Part shown: positions 25,462-36,994 of the stretch, piece by piece
How the letters are laid out: each line of letters begins with the position of its first letter
Numbering within the stretch: the first letter of the stretch is position 1
Source of the DNA: Gracilinanus agilis
Taxonomy: Eukaryota
Direction: 5' to 3'
DNA length: 64,000 nucleotides
NCBI RefSeq assembly: GCF_016433145.1
Contig: NC_058132.1
Span: 470,831,659 to 470,895,658, forward strand
Translations under genes and position numbers: made by a program
The notes under the pieces: generated by a model
What the model saw: only the letters and a program-made list of their open reading frames with translations
What the model was told of the DNA's origin: nothing
Database searches by the model: none

Positions 25462-25679
25462 TGGATATGTTCTATAGGCATAATTTAGACACCGGATATC
25501 TCTTATCCACTTGTTTTTTTCCTGATTCATGGTTAGGCCGAATCTCATCTTAAGTTCTCATCTAAGAGTCCTACAGGATCCTGAGACTTGTTATTATTAT
25601 ATTTTATACATAATTTGGAGTACATGATACACTTCACCATTTGGTCAATATCCTCTCTCATGCATTTAATACCTGTATG

Positions 25680-25800
25680 ATCCATACATCCCTCAGTCTC
25701 AATTTTATCCTTTTTAAAATGAAGGGGGTTGGCTTCAATGACCTCTAAAATCCTTTCCAATTTTAAATCTATCATTCTATTATTGTATGATTCCAATTAA
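25680..25800 (-). mobile_element. MIR 3' part
   Basis: cctcagtctc...aaaatgaagggggttggcttcaatgacctctaaaatcctttccaa (MIR tail; orientation read from this motif with moderate certainty). Confidence 0.5.
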
Positions 25801-26245
25801 CCTTGAATTCTGCTCTGGATCTCCTCTATGACAGTGGCAAGCAGCTTTGATGGATATATGTAACCTGTTTTGTACCTTGACTGATATTAATAATCAAAGA
25901 ATATTCAAACAAGATTATTACTGTTCTAATGTTATTCAAAAAAACAAGTAATTTTGATGTATGCATGAGAGATACCTTGTTCAAAGAGAGCTTTTAAGAT
26001 AATGTTTACTGAATCAAAAATATTTTTAATAATCAAGAAAATTAAATACAGTGCCATTATGGATTCTTGACCTCTCTTATTCAGTTTTGTGATGGTAAAG
26101 ATAGTTTATTGTGAAATATCATTAACAAAATATTGTCGTATTCCTTGAAGATGCCTTTCTCAAAACCATTTTGCATAAACATTATGAAAATTGAAAATAC
26201 ACTCAAAGAATTAAGGGCTGTAATAAAAAGTTAATCTGAGTAGAT

Positions 26246-26685
26246 ATTTCATATATATATATATGTACATATATATATATATATATNNNNNNNNNNNNNN
26301 NNNNNNNNNNNNNNNNNNNNNNNNNNNNNNNNNNNNNNNNNNNNNNNNNNNNNNNNNNNNNNNNNNNNNNNNNNNNNNNNNNNNNNNNNNNNNNNNNNNN
26401 NNNNNNNNNNNNNNNNNNNNNNNNNNNNNNNNNNNNNNNNNNNNNNNNNNNNNNNNNNNNNNNNNNNNNNNNNNNNNNNNNNNNNNNNNNNNNNNNNNNN
26501 NNNNNNNNNNNNNNNNNNNNNNNNNNNNNNNNNNNNNNNNNNNNNNNNNNNNNNNNNNNNNNNNNNNNNNNNNNNNNNNNNNNNNNNNNNNNNNNNNNNN
26601 NNNNNNNNNNNNNNNNNNNNNNNNNNNNNNNNNNNNNNNNNNNNNNNNNNNNNNNNNNNNNATATATGTATATATATATATATAT
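26246..26685. other. Assembly gap (N 26287-26660) flanked by (TA)n
   Basis: 374 Ns between TA tracts. Confidence 0.99.
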
Positions 26686-28009
26686 GAGAGAAGGGTCATC
26701 CTTTCCCCCCCATTACTTCACCTAATTTTTCTCTATGTTTGATTTAATACAGTTTTAACTGCCAGCTCTGTTATTCTGATCCCACCCCAATATTCTGGGC
26801 ACAAATCCTGCCTCCAGTAGGAAGCACAGTTTTCATAATTTTAGTGAGAGTTGGTTTGCCCCAGCTTGCTTTTCCTTTCATCTTAGACCTGAAGAAGCAG
26901 AAATCAGGGACTATTATATTTCAAAGTTGAAGATTATTTCCCAGAAGAAAGAAATTAGGTGAGGTTTGGGACGGATGAAACCATTGAGGGGCAGTTAAGA
27001 CCTAAAGTGCAGGTAATATTTCTGGATCCAGTTGGAGAGAGAAATGTGAAGGAGTAGGAAGTTCCATTGTGGTTCTTCTGAAAACATTGAGATTTATAAG
27101 GGGCTCATGGGCCTTTTTATTTCATTAGCAGAGACTAAACATTCCAGGAATCTTCAAACTTATTACAATAAGATGAAAAAGAGTGAAACCCAGCGACATT
27201 AAGGGATTTGCCCAATGAAGATTACTAGGTAGTAAGTGTCTAAGTCAAAATTCCAGTTCTCTGACTCTAAATCCAGCATGTTTTCCGATAGGCCACTCTT
27301 GAATAGCTTGAGTGTCATGAGCTCAGGAAAAGACATTTTCTTTATTCTTTATCAGCACTGTTCTGCCCTACTTCCCAAATCTCCTTCATACTCTGAAAAG
27401 ACCAAAAGAAATTATATTATAAATGAAAATAATGATTTGTTAGAAAGTGAAGTGAAAATAAAAGATTCCTTTGCTAAGGGGAAATAATCTTTCATTTTTT
27501 GTTTAGGTAATAAAAATAAATAAACTTGAATTATGATGGCATCTGAAGTATGATAATCCAAAGTAAAATACTTTGAACAGAGTGTTGGACTTTTAAAGGA
27601 AAAGGATGTATCAGAAAATGGGAGAAGAGGAGAGAACCAGAATACTTGATAGGAAAATATGAGAAAGGTGTTTTTCTTTGTTACTGCCTGGCTCTTTCCT
27701 TCTTTTGTGCATTCAGAAAGCATACCCAGGTAACATTTAACTCCCATCTCTATGGCTATTCTTGCCTTGATATGCCTGAAATGTCAAGATGATCTGTGTG
27801 AAAGAGCAAACGATAAACTCACATTATTGCGGCTACTTGGAGGGCAACCTGGAGGATGTCACATGGTGATGAGTTGAAAAATACCTGTGCATAGGAAACA
27901 GAAAATATTTCAAAACATGTGGGATATTTTATGTTATGTATGTCTTTACCAAAGAAAATGAAATAAGTAAGATGATGATAATGGAATGAGATAGATAGAT
28001 TGAGGGGCA

Positions 28010-28195
28010 GTCAGAGAGAAATAAAGAGAACAGAGACAAAGACAGAGAAACGGAGACTGGCAGAGACAGAGAAAAGAGAGGAAGAGAGAGAGGCAGAGAG
28101 AGACAGAGAGAGACAGAGACAGAGAGAGAGACAGAGACAGAGACAGAGACAGACAGAGAGATAGACAGAGACAGAGATAGACAGAGACAGAGGAG
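28010..28195. repeat. Compound (GA)n/(GACAGA)n microsatellite
   Basis: Direct reading. Confidence 0.95.
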
Positions 28196-31100
28196 ATGAA
28201 TAGAATACCACTATTTACATGATGTTGGAATAACTGGATTAAAAGTAAAAATTTCATTTGATCAAGAGAATGTGAATAATGTAAAACATTATTCAATAGT
28301 TAGTTAGTTAGAAACCTACTTCTCCATGAGATTTTTTTCTTACTGCTTCATTGTGACTTTGACTGACTTAACAACTCTCTGGAAATGTTATAAAAATTCC
28401 TTTTTATTAAAATCATATTTTTAGACCTTTTAGAGACCTTATAAGTCATTTAGTCCATTGCTCTCCTTTCAAACATCAAGGAAACTGAGATTCGGGGATA
28501 TGAAATGACTTATCAGTGGTCAAAATTGACAGAACCAGGATTTGAACCCATTGATTCTGACACCAGGTCAAATGTCAACACTTGATTCTGACACCATTAC
28601 AATTATCGTATACTAACCTTTCTTACTTGGAGGATGACTAGTAACCAAAGAGTAGTTAGGTCAGAAAGTTGTAAGAAACAGTCTTATAAGAAGCAGTAAT
28701 AGTTTTCTTTTTTTTTTTTCTGAGATGGAGATTGGATTATTATTTTACTTGGTTGACCTTAGTTCTCTGTGTATAGCAGTTTTGATGCTTTCTTTTGCTG
28801 AAACAAGGGGCAGATACAGATTCCCAGTGTAACTCTTCCTATTTATCAGTAAAGCCTTTACTGATTTTTTTCAATACATGGACTGACAGACTGAGATTCA
28901 AAAGAATTTTAAGTTCAAGACATTGTTACATTGTTATGAGATATGGGTGCGTTTCTATGATTTCTAAGCAGCCATGCTGCAAAATACCCACTTGGAAATT
29001 GACTCTCAAAGCAGACATAAATACTCAACTATCATAATCATTGCAAGAGATAAAATCTATATAGCAGAATTTCCTTGCATAAGTTCAATTGTACTTCTTT
29101 TTGTGGTTGTAGAGAGATGAATTCAACTGTTTGACTGCTAAGCTTCTTCCAAGCAGAATACCTGGGAATTGCAAGAACTTGCAAAGGTGATTCCCATCTC
29201 TCCACTCCTCACTCCTGTCCCTCCACTTTAGATATGACCATACACATTCTTGATATCACACAGTGGACTTGACCTAATTCTCTTGAATTTAAATCTTGTG
29301 TTTATTCCACAAATACATAAAAGGTTAGTTAAAAGGAGGTACAGATTGAATGTGATTTTTTTTTCATTTTGCTAAGTACTTTTACAGCAGCATTATTATG
29401 ACTATTATTTCAATCAGAGTATAAGCTGTCTACATTTTAAGGTCTGTTGAAGTATTTTGGGGGTTACACAAATAATGGGCAAGGATCACACAAGATAAGA
29501 TGCAGATGGTTTTGTGTTACACATCACTGTAGAAAATACACACATTTATGAGATAATAGATTTATTGAAGTGAATATATGGAGGTTTACGTCATGGTTGA
29601 TTAGATTTTTTTGTTTATAAATATTTGTTGTGGTTGTTGAATTTACTGTCTTGCTTATAATCATATTTATATGTATACATATAAATATAGATTGATAGAA
29701 ATTCAATTCCATCTTGCCTCATTTTTTTCAAAAATTAAATATTGTTACCTTTATTAAAGAGTGGGTCATTCTTTGTAGTATTATTTTCATTGATTTAATC
29801 AGTTGATGAATCAACAAGAATTTTAAAAGTATCTACTATTTGGCAGGCTCTGTGGCTGTATTATTTAATTTTACTGGTTCCATTGTGTATATTTAAACTT
29901 TTATAATACTGTTTTAGAAAACAATGCAGTTGACTAGAGCTAAGAGTGCAAAGTACTTTAAATTTCATAATATTCTCACTAGTGGAAGAGAGAAGTTAGA
30001 ATAATGCCATTAATAAATAATTCCCCAAATGGCTTATTTTTAAAAAATGGAGTCAAAGATGCATTCTTGGATTGGAGAAAGATAGGTCTCCAAATATCTC
30101 AGAAAATAAGAAAGTAATATGGTTTAGTCTAAAGCATAAAATAAATTTAAGAGGGACCAAAGAACAGAATGTCACATTATCAAAGAAGCCATGTAATTCT
30201 GTAAGTTGTAATTTAGGAAATTTTATTTTACTCCATGACCAGCAATTGGATCACTAAATTTGACTAACTTTTCTGTCAAGGCAAATTCTTCACCACTACT
30301 GAGAAACAAACAAAGAAAAAGTACTCAAATCTCCACACCTTACAATCAGTTGATCAGAAGGATCATCTTCAAATAGGAATTTTTATGGAAAACTTGCAAA
30401 TTCCTCCAGAAAAGGAAAAGAACAGATCTTCAGAATTGTATTTCTATTTTACATTGCAAATTGCTTGGGCAGGTCTTAAATTTTCCCCCTCCAGGTATAC
30501 AACCAGCAACACACATCCCATTTGACATAATAGATGTAGTACACTAAATTATTGATGCAATTAGTTCCATTACTTAAACATAATAGGCCCAAAGGCATTG
30601 TAAATGTAGTGTGAATGAGATTTCACACACCATCCACGCTGTGCTTCAAATTAACTACCTTTTTTGGAATGAGAAGACACTAGAACCACTACTGCCACTG
30701 AGAACATCTTCTAGCAACCCAGTTTCATTAACTTTTCATATTGCCATCTCTTCTCTTTCACCTATGCCCATTGCAAAATAGAAATTGGCCCTGTTGCTAT
30801 CCATTTCAAGGTTACACTAATTAACTATCTATCTCAAACATAAAAAGTACTTGGCACTGGTGAGCTATTAAGAAACACTGTTTTGGTACCTAGTGCTTTC
30901 AAAATGGGAAAAATAACAATTCCCTATCTAAATTCGGCATATAGCAATTTTCTAATCTTTTCACATTACTCTTAGGGATATGTTTTGTCTGCTTACTGAG
31001 AAGCCTGGAGCAATATTTCCAGCAAACCCTAGATGTCTTATAGTTTTTATGGCCTCATGCAAATATCTGTGTGGGCTGTTCTTGAAAGCCAAGCTACTTA

Positions 31101-31607
31101 ACAAAGTGATCTTTTATCAAAGCTTTAAGTCGTTAATAAATGAAGAGTGTTTATCCACAGAAGAGCTTCAAAGGCTGTTTTGATGAAGATGAGCTTTCTT
31201 TTTCTGTTGCAGCTGCCCTTGATTGTGCAGGGGATCTGGCAACCCAGGTTGGGCATGTGTCCAGGGAAGAATAAGGAACAGGAGGAGAAGACAGTGGTAA
31301 TGGGCAAGATTTCAGTGCAGGTGTTCATTTAGAGCTTGATATTTGATTGCATTCTAGAACTGATCTAGAGAAATGAGGCTACTTTGTAGAATTCATTGTA
31401 TTTTATTTTAACGAGATTAAAGACCTATCCATGTTGGAGGATTTGTGGGATATTAAAGTGATTTTTACCATTATTTAAAAAAATGTTAAGAATTTTTTGA
31501 TCAAGTAAATTATTTATCCTTATTTGTGAGTTTCTTGGTGTCAATATTCAATGCTCACATAATTTAATTTTTTTTACTTGCAACAAAACATTAAAATCAA
31601 TTGCAGA

Positions 31608-31798
31608 GGGGGCAGCTGGGTAGCTCAGAGGATTGAGAGTCAGGCCTAGAGACGGGAGGTCTTAGGTTCAAATCCGGCCTCAGACACTTCCCAGCTGTGT
31701 GACCCTGGGCAAGTCACTTGACCCCCATTGCTCACCCTTACCACTCTTCCACCTAGGAGCCAATACACAGAAGTTAAGGGTTTAAAAAAATTTTTTAA
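31608..31798 (+). mobile_element. Young SINE1_MD-like SINE with 15-bp TSD
   Basis: TSD aaaatcaattgcaga (31593-31607) / aaaatcaatcgcaga (31799-31813). Retains CpGs. Short 3' deletion relative to the 42310 copy. Confidence 0.95.
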
Positions 31799-32499
31799 AA
31801 AATCAATCGCAGAAGGGAGAGTTGATTTAACATCTAGAAACTGGACAAATGTTGCAAAATAAGTACCTAAAGGGATAAAGAGGTATGCCCAGTACAAATA
31901 ATGATTTATAAGTAGTTGTAGTATAATATCCTGCCAAAGAATGAAAATATGAAGTCCTATTGATAGTGCAGAGAGAACTCCAGTCTCAGCTTTTAAAGTT
32001 GGATGAAATGCTCTCTTCTGGCTTGTTTGAAATTTTAAAATGAATTAATTGTACATATATGAAAATGTTCTCTTTTATTACCTATTTTACCCCCTCCTTA
32101 CATATTTGAAGCTTCTTTAAATTAAAAAAACCCTTTTCTTGAATGCTTTACCTAAATAATAACATATTTATATAGGTGAAATGATTTGATACATGGTATC
32201 TCAGTTGACTCCACCATCACATATTATCACCATTTTAGAGATGAGGAAATTAAGGATGAGAGCTATTAAATGATTTGCCCAGGATCAAACAGTTAATAAT
32301 TGTCCAAAGCAAAATTTTGGCTTGTATTTTTCTACCTGTTAGACCATCTCCAGACAATTTGTTTCTCTTGGAGTTTACAGTGAAAGAAAGACAAAATGAC
32401 CCACGAAAACCTAGATAGCACGTGCCAATAGCACAAGAAAATTCAGTTCAACAAAGATTTATTAAACATTAATTGTTGAATAGTCCACAATAAATAGCT

Positions 32500-32735
32500 A
32501 GCATTTATATAACACTTTTAAAGTTTTTAAAATGCTGTTTGCTATCCTATTTGACACAGAAATTCTTTGATGTAGGTGTGGTTAATATCTCCATTTTCTG
32601 AATGAGGAAACTGAGATCAGGAGAGACTGACTTGTTTAGGCTCACAAAACTAGTAAGTTTCCGAAGAAAGGTTTAAAGTCAGTTCTTCTGGACTCCAAGT
32701 TTAGTACTTCATACAATGTGGCATGTAGCTGACTA
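32500..32735 (-). mobile_element. MIR
   Basis: ccattttctgaatgaggaaactgagatcagg...gtcagttcttctggactccaagtttagtac. Confidence 0.75.
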
Positions 32736-32747
32736 TTTGAGAAACAG

Positions 32748-33372
32748 TGTGAATTTAATATTGTTTACTCCCTTTTTCTGTTTGATAGCCCCATTCTTTG
32801 ATTTGCCATACCTACCTATTGTGGCTAACCAGAAGAAGTTGGCTCAAGCACACGTGCAGCAACCTGGCACTCTGGGGTGCTGGCTGAGGATTGGTGACAC
32901 GTCCCATAGTCATGACTTGGGATCCAGACTGTCCAATGAAGTAGGACTGGTAAAAATAGGCTATATAAGCAGATGGAAAGGAAGTGCTGGCTCTTTCTTT
33001 CCTGAAAATAAGTGTGAGCTCCATTTTTCTCTTCCCACTCTGGAGTGTTTAATGCTCTGCTTGAGTCATGGCTGAGAGTTGGAGACCAGAAAGTGTGAAA
33101 GCACTTTTTTCAATAAGTGTGTCTTGGTGATTTGTGTGTGTGTGTGTGTGTGTGTGTCTGCCTCTGTCTGTTTGTCTCTTTCTCTCTGTCCCTCTGTGTC
33201 TCTCTTTGTCTCTGTCTCTATTTTTTTGTCTCTCTCTCTCCCTTTCCCGCTCCCACCCCATACTCTGTCTTTCTCTCTCCTTTCTCATTCTCTATTTGTC
33301 TGTCTGTCTTTCTCTAGATTTTACTAATAAATGCTTATAAATGTACAGTCTCTAGGGAATTTTATCATTATA
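32748..33372 (+). mobile_element. Solo ERV LTR inserted into a MIR head, carrying an internal (TG)n/(CT)n microsatellite
   Basis: Starts tgtgaattt, ends attttatcattata. Flanked by aaacag (32742-32747, 33373-33378). TATA (tatataa 32962-32968) and AATAAA (33326-33331). Removing it restores gagaaacagtatggcatagtg. Confidence 0.8.
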
Positions 33373-33479
33373 AAACAGTATGGCATAGTGTCTTGAGAGT
33401 AGATCTTGGGAGGAGGATTAGCAGAATTATAGTACCTTCTCTGAAATAAATATATCAACAAATAAGCATCTACTTTCTG

Positions 33480-34608
33480 GTCTGGAGGAGAATCAGACTG
33501 AGGATACAAAGAAAAAATGAAATGGTCTCTGCCCTCATGGAGCTTGTTGGGTAGATGATATGTACATGTATCAGCATATGCAAGATAAAGAAAAAGTAAT
33601 TTTGGGAGGAGGCAGTAGCTGCCTAGGTATTCACCAAATACCTCATGTTGGATGTCACATTTGAGCTTGAAGGAAATGAGGGAATCCAAGAGACATAATT
33701 AAGCAGAACACTCTACAGATAATCTGAGAGACTGAGGTCAAATCACTTAAATTTTCAGGGTTACTGGGAACTATTCAAGACTATAAGTTATAGACATTGT
33801 AGTCAACATTTCATAGTTGAGAATGTTTCTACACTTGGAAGTCTTTATACTAGTGAATACAAGTTCAAGATCAAAATGAATGACAAATAATTATTTCTGA
33901 TGATACTAAGAAAAATCCAAATGCATGAATTTACAAATTAGCATGGAGTACAAAATACAAATACAAATCACTATATTATAAGTTATAACATGATAAGCAC
34001 ATAGGAAAGGATCAAGCCAAATGGAATGGAACATCAAGAAGGACAGAAATATATTGTAGCTGAGATGATGAAAAAAGGTTTCCTAGAGAAGGGAACACTT
34101 CAACTGGTTCTTGAAGGAAGAGAGGATTTCAAAGGCAAAGGAAGCTTTTCCATATATGAATAGAATACCTACAGAAATCTAGTAGAAAGAAGAACAAAAT
34201 ACTTTCATAAACCAGAGCAGGGGTCAGCAAAGAATGGCTCTTGAACCATATCTGGCTCTTTTGAGGGCCAGATATGGCTCTTTCTGCAGGAGCCATAAAG
34301 TCAATTTTTTTTCAGGCACTGTTACAGGAGCGCACCGTGAGCAATGTACAGCTCTCACGAAATTACATTTTAAAAAATGTGGCGTTCATGGCTCTCACGG
34401 CCAAAAAGGTTGCCAACCCCTGAACCAGAGAGTAGCATGGCTTACTTGGAATGTAGGTACAAAGTGTAAGATCAAGTAGTATACAATAGGGAAGATAGGT
34501 TAAAGTCAGATTGTTCAGGGATTTGAAAGTTTGACTGTGAGATGTATTTTATAAGTTTCTGAGTGGAGGAATAACCTGCTTGGACTTGTGCATTAAAAAT
34601 ATTGCTTT
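33480..34608 (+). mobile_element. L2 remnants (interrupted by a CORE-SINE piece and the hAT MITE)
   Basis: L2 motifs ctctgccctcatggagcttg, catttgagcttgaagga, ggaataacctgcttggacttgtgcattaaaaatattgc. Confidence 0.6.
34218..34422. mobile_element. hAT (Charlie-like) non-autonomous DNA transposon, 205 bp
   Basis: TIRs caggggtcagcaa / ttgccaacccctg; perfect 8-bp TSD aaccagag (34210-34217, 34423-34430); internal 11-bp hairpin at 34246-34277. Confidence 0.93.
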
Positions 34609-35291
34609 GGGAGAGACTTCCTGGTTAAGATGGTGGCTGAGTAAAAAGCAGCTGCTTAACCACTCCTAACCAAAACATATAGGACTCCTCAAGAAGACAT
34701 AAAAACAAATCCAGAGGAACGAAGGGACTCCACAACAGGGCACATCATTGAAGATACGTGGAATTGGGGCATTTCTATGCTATAAAGGGGTGAAATAGCT
34801 CTCACTAAAACGCAAGTTGAACAACCCCCTCCCCCACCCCACACCACCTACAGTGCCAAAGCCAGCGCACAAGAGTTAGAGCAACTTTGGGGCACACATT
34901 AAGTCCTTGGCAGCTACCTGGGGTCACCAGGGACTGGCCCTGAGAGCAGCAAGACGTAAGACCCCAAGAGGCTAAAGAACTCGTGGACTTTGAACACAGA
35001 CCCTGAGCGCAGGAGCAAGCACAGGCTCTTGAGTCCACAGATCCTGAGCTCAGGAGTGGACATGGATCCTGAGCACAGGAGTGGACCTTGAGTGAGGACC
35101 AAGTACAGAGGGGTACACGACTGAGGAAACAGTGCCCTGAAACTATTAAAGGAGTCTGAGACAGAGGAACTAACAAGGGGGCCACCAGGAGGCTTGACCC
35201 TGAGAACAACAAGATCTGAGATTTCAGGAGCCTAAAGAGTGCAAACAGACTCTGGGTGTGAGGAAAAACCTGAGCGGGCGCGAGGCTAAAA

Positions 35292-36301
35292 ATGGCAAGC
35301 CAGAGACAAGCACCCCAAAAGAGAAAGATCATCAAGAAGAAATCTGTAACACTGGACAACTTTTACACAGAGAAAGTCCAGACAGCAGAGCAAACAGCAG
35401 AGGAGAACAAATAAGTAATCATATCCAAACTTTCCCAAAATAATGAAAACTGGTCACAAGCTATTGAAGAGTTCAAATCTGAGATGATGAGAAAGATGGA
35501 AGAGACATGACAAGAAAATAACAGTTTAAAAGGCAGAATTTCACAATTGGAAAGTGAGGCAAGTCAACTGAAGACCAGAAATGACCAGATTGAAAAGGAA
35601 AACCAAAAGATTATAACCGAAAACCAGTCCCTAAAGGCTAGAATTGAGCAATTAGAAGGTAATGATCTCTCAAGACAGCAAGAACAAATAAAACAAAGTC
35701 AAAACACTGATAAAATAGAAGGAAACATGAAATATCTCAATGAGAAATTGACAGATCAAGAAAACAGGGCTAGCAGAGACAATTTGAGAATCATTGGTCT
35801 TCCAGAAAAAGCAGAAATTAATAGAAATTTGGACTCCATACTAAAGGAAATTATTCAGCAAAATTACCCTGAAGTTCTACAACAAGAGGGCAATATAGAC
35901 ATTGAAAGGATCCATAGATCACCCTCTACACTAGACCCAGAAAAGACAACCCCCAGGAATATAATAGCCAAATTCAAGAGCTTCTAAGTAAAAGAAAAAA
36001 TCTTACAAGAAGCCAGAGACAATTCAAATACAAAGGAGCACCAATCAGGATCACACAAGATCTAGCAGGCTCCAAGCTATAAGACCGCAAAGCTTGGAAT
36101 ATGATATTCAGAAAGGCAAGAGAACTGGGCCTTCAATGACGGATCAACTGCCCATCAAAACTGACTATATACTTCGAGGGGAAAGTATGGGCATTCAACA
36201 AAATTGAAGATTTCTAAGTATTTGCACAGAAAAGACCAGGACTAAATGGAAAGTTTGATATTCAATCACAAAATTCAAGAGAAACATTAAAAGGTAAATA
36301 A
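35292..36301 (+). pseudogene. L1 ORF1p, disrupted
   Basis: ATG at 35292 (MASQRQAPQKRK...), coiled coil, RRM motif RDNLRIIGLPE...IERIHRSP...PRNIIAKF (ORF 35547-35987); multiple stops and frameshifts. Confidence 0.95.
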
Positions 36302-36994
36302 GAAACAGAGGGGAAAGAAAGAAAACTCATAATTTTTAAATTTGCCTCCTTAAGGGCTTCAATAAGATCTAAGCATCTGTATTACTATGTGGAGAAATGC
36401 TATGTATAATTCTCTGTAGTGAACTCTATTCACTATTATAGTAATCCGAAGAATAATTCATAGGGAGAGGGTAGAATTCTAAATGGTCCGAGATGATATG
36501 AGGGGTAGGAAAGAGGGGGTTGAATAGTAGGGGACACCAAGAGAAACTTGAGTGAATAAGAAAAATAGGATATTCTATTATACACAAAGAGGGCATGGGA
36601 AGAGGAGGGGACAAATACTATTATAAGAAGGAGAAGAAGAGAGCATTAAGAGGTAATATTTAAACCTTACTCACAGTGTAATCAACCTGTAGAGAGGGAA
36701 GAGTAGCTATATTATCTATCCATTGGGATATAAAACTCTATCTAACCCTACTGAGAAAGTTAGAAGGGATAAACCAAGGGGAGCAGGGGAGTGGGGAGGT
36801 CAAAAAAGGGAGGGGAAAAAAAGGGGGAGAGAATTCATTAGGCCTTTAAAAATAAAAAAAGGGGAAGAATAAGGGAGGGGGTAGAAAGGGAAGTTAATCA
36901 AGGGAGGGGATAAGGGATACTGGCTCAAAGCAAACCACAGGTTTAAAAGGAAATAGTGTAAGAAGAAGGGGTAGGACTATGGGAAGATACAAAA

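Noticed and set aside
26211-26742. Long ORFs spanning the first N gap
   Set aside because: Artefacts of Ns and (TA)n.
27946-28296. SLSL/CLCL-rich ORFs
   Set aside because: Translations of the GA microsatellite.
30268-30525. 85-codon stop-free plus frame with ctaac upstream
   Set aside because: The branch motif is too close to a weak AAG acceptor; no recognisable domain.
33049-33340. Overlapping ORFs (RERERE, CVCVCV)
   Set aside because: Microsatellite inside an LTR.
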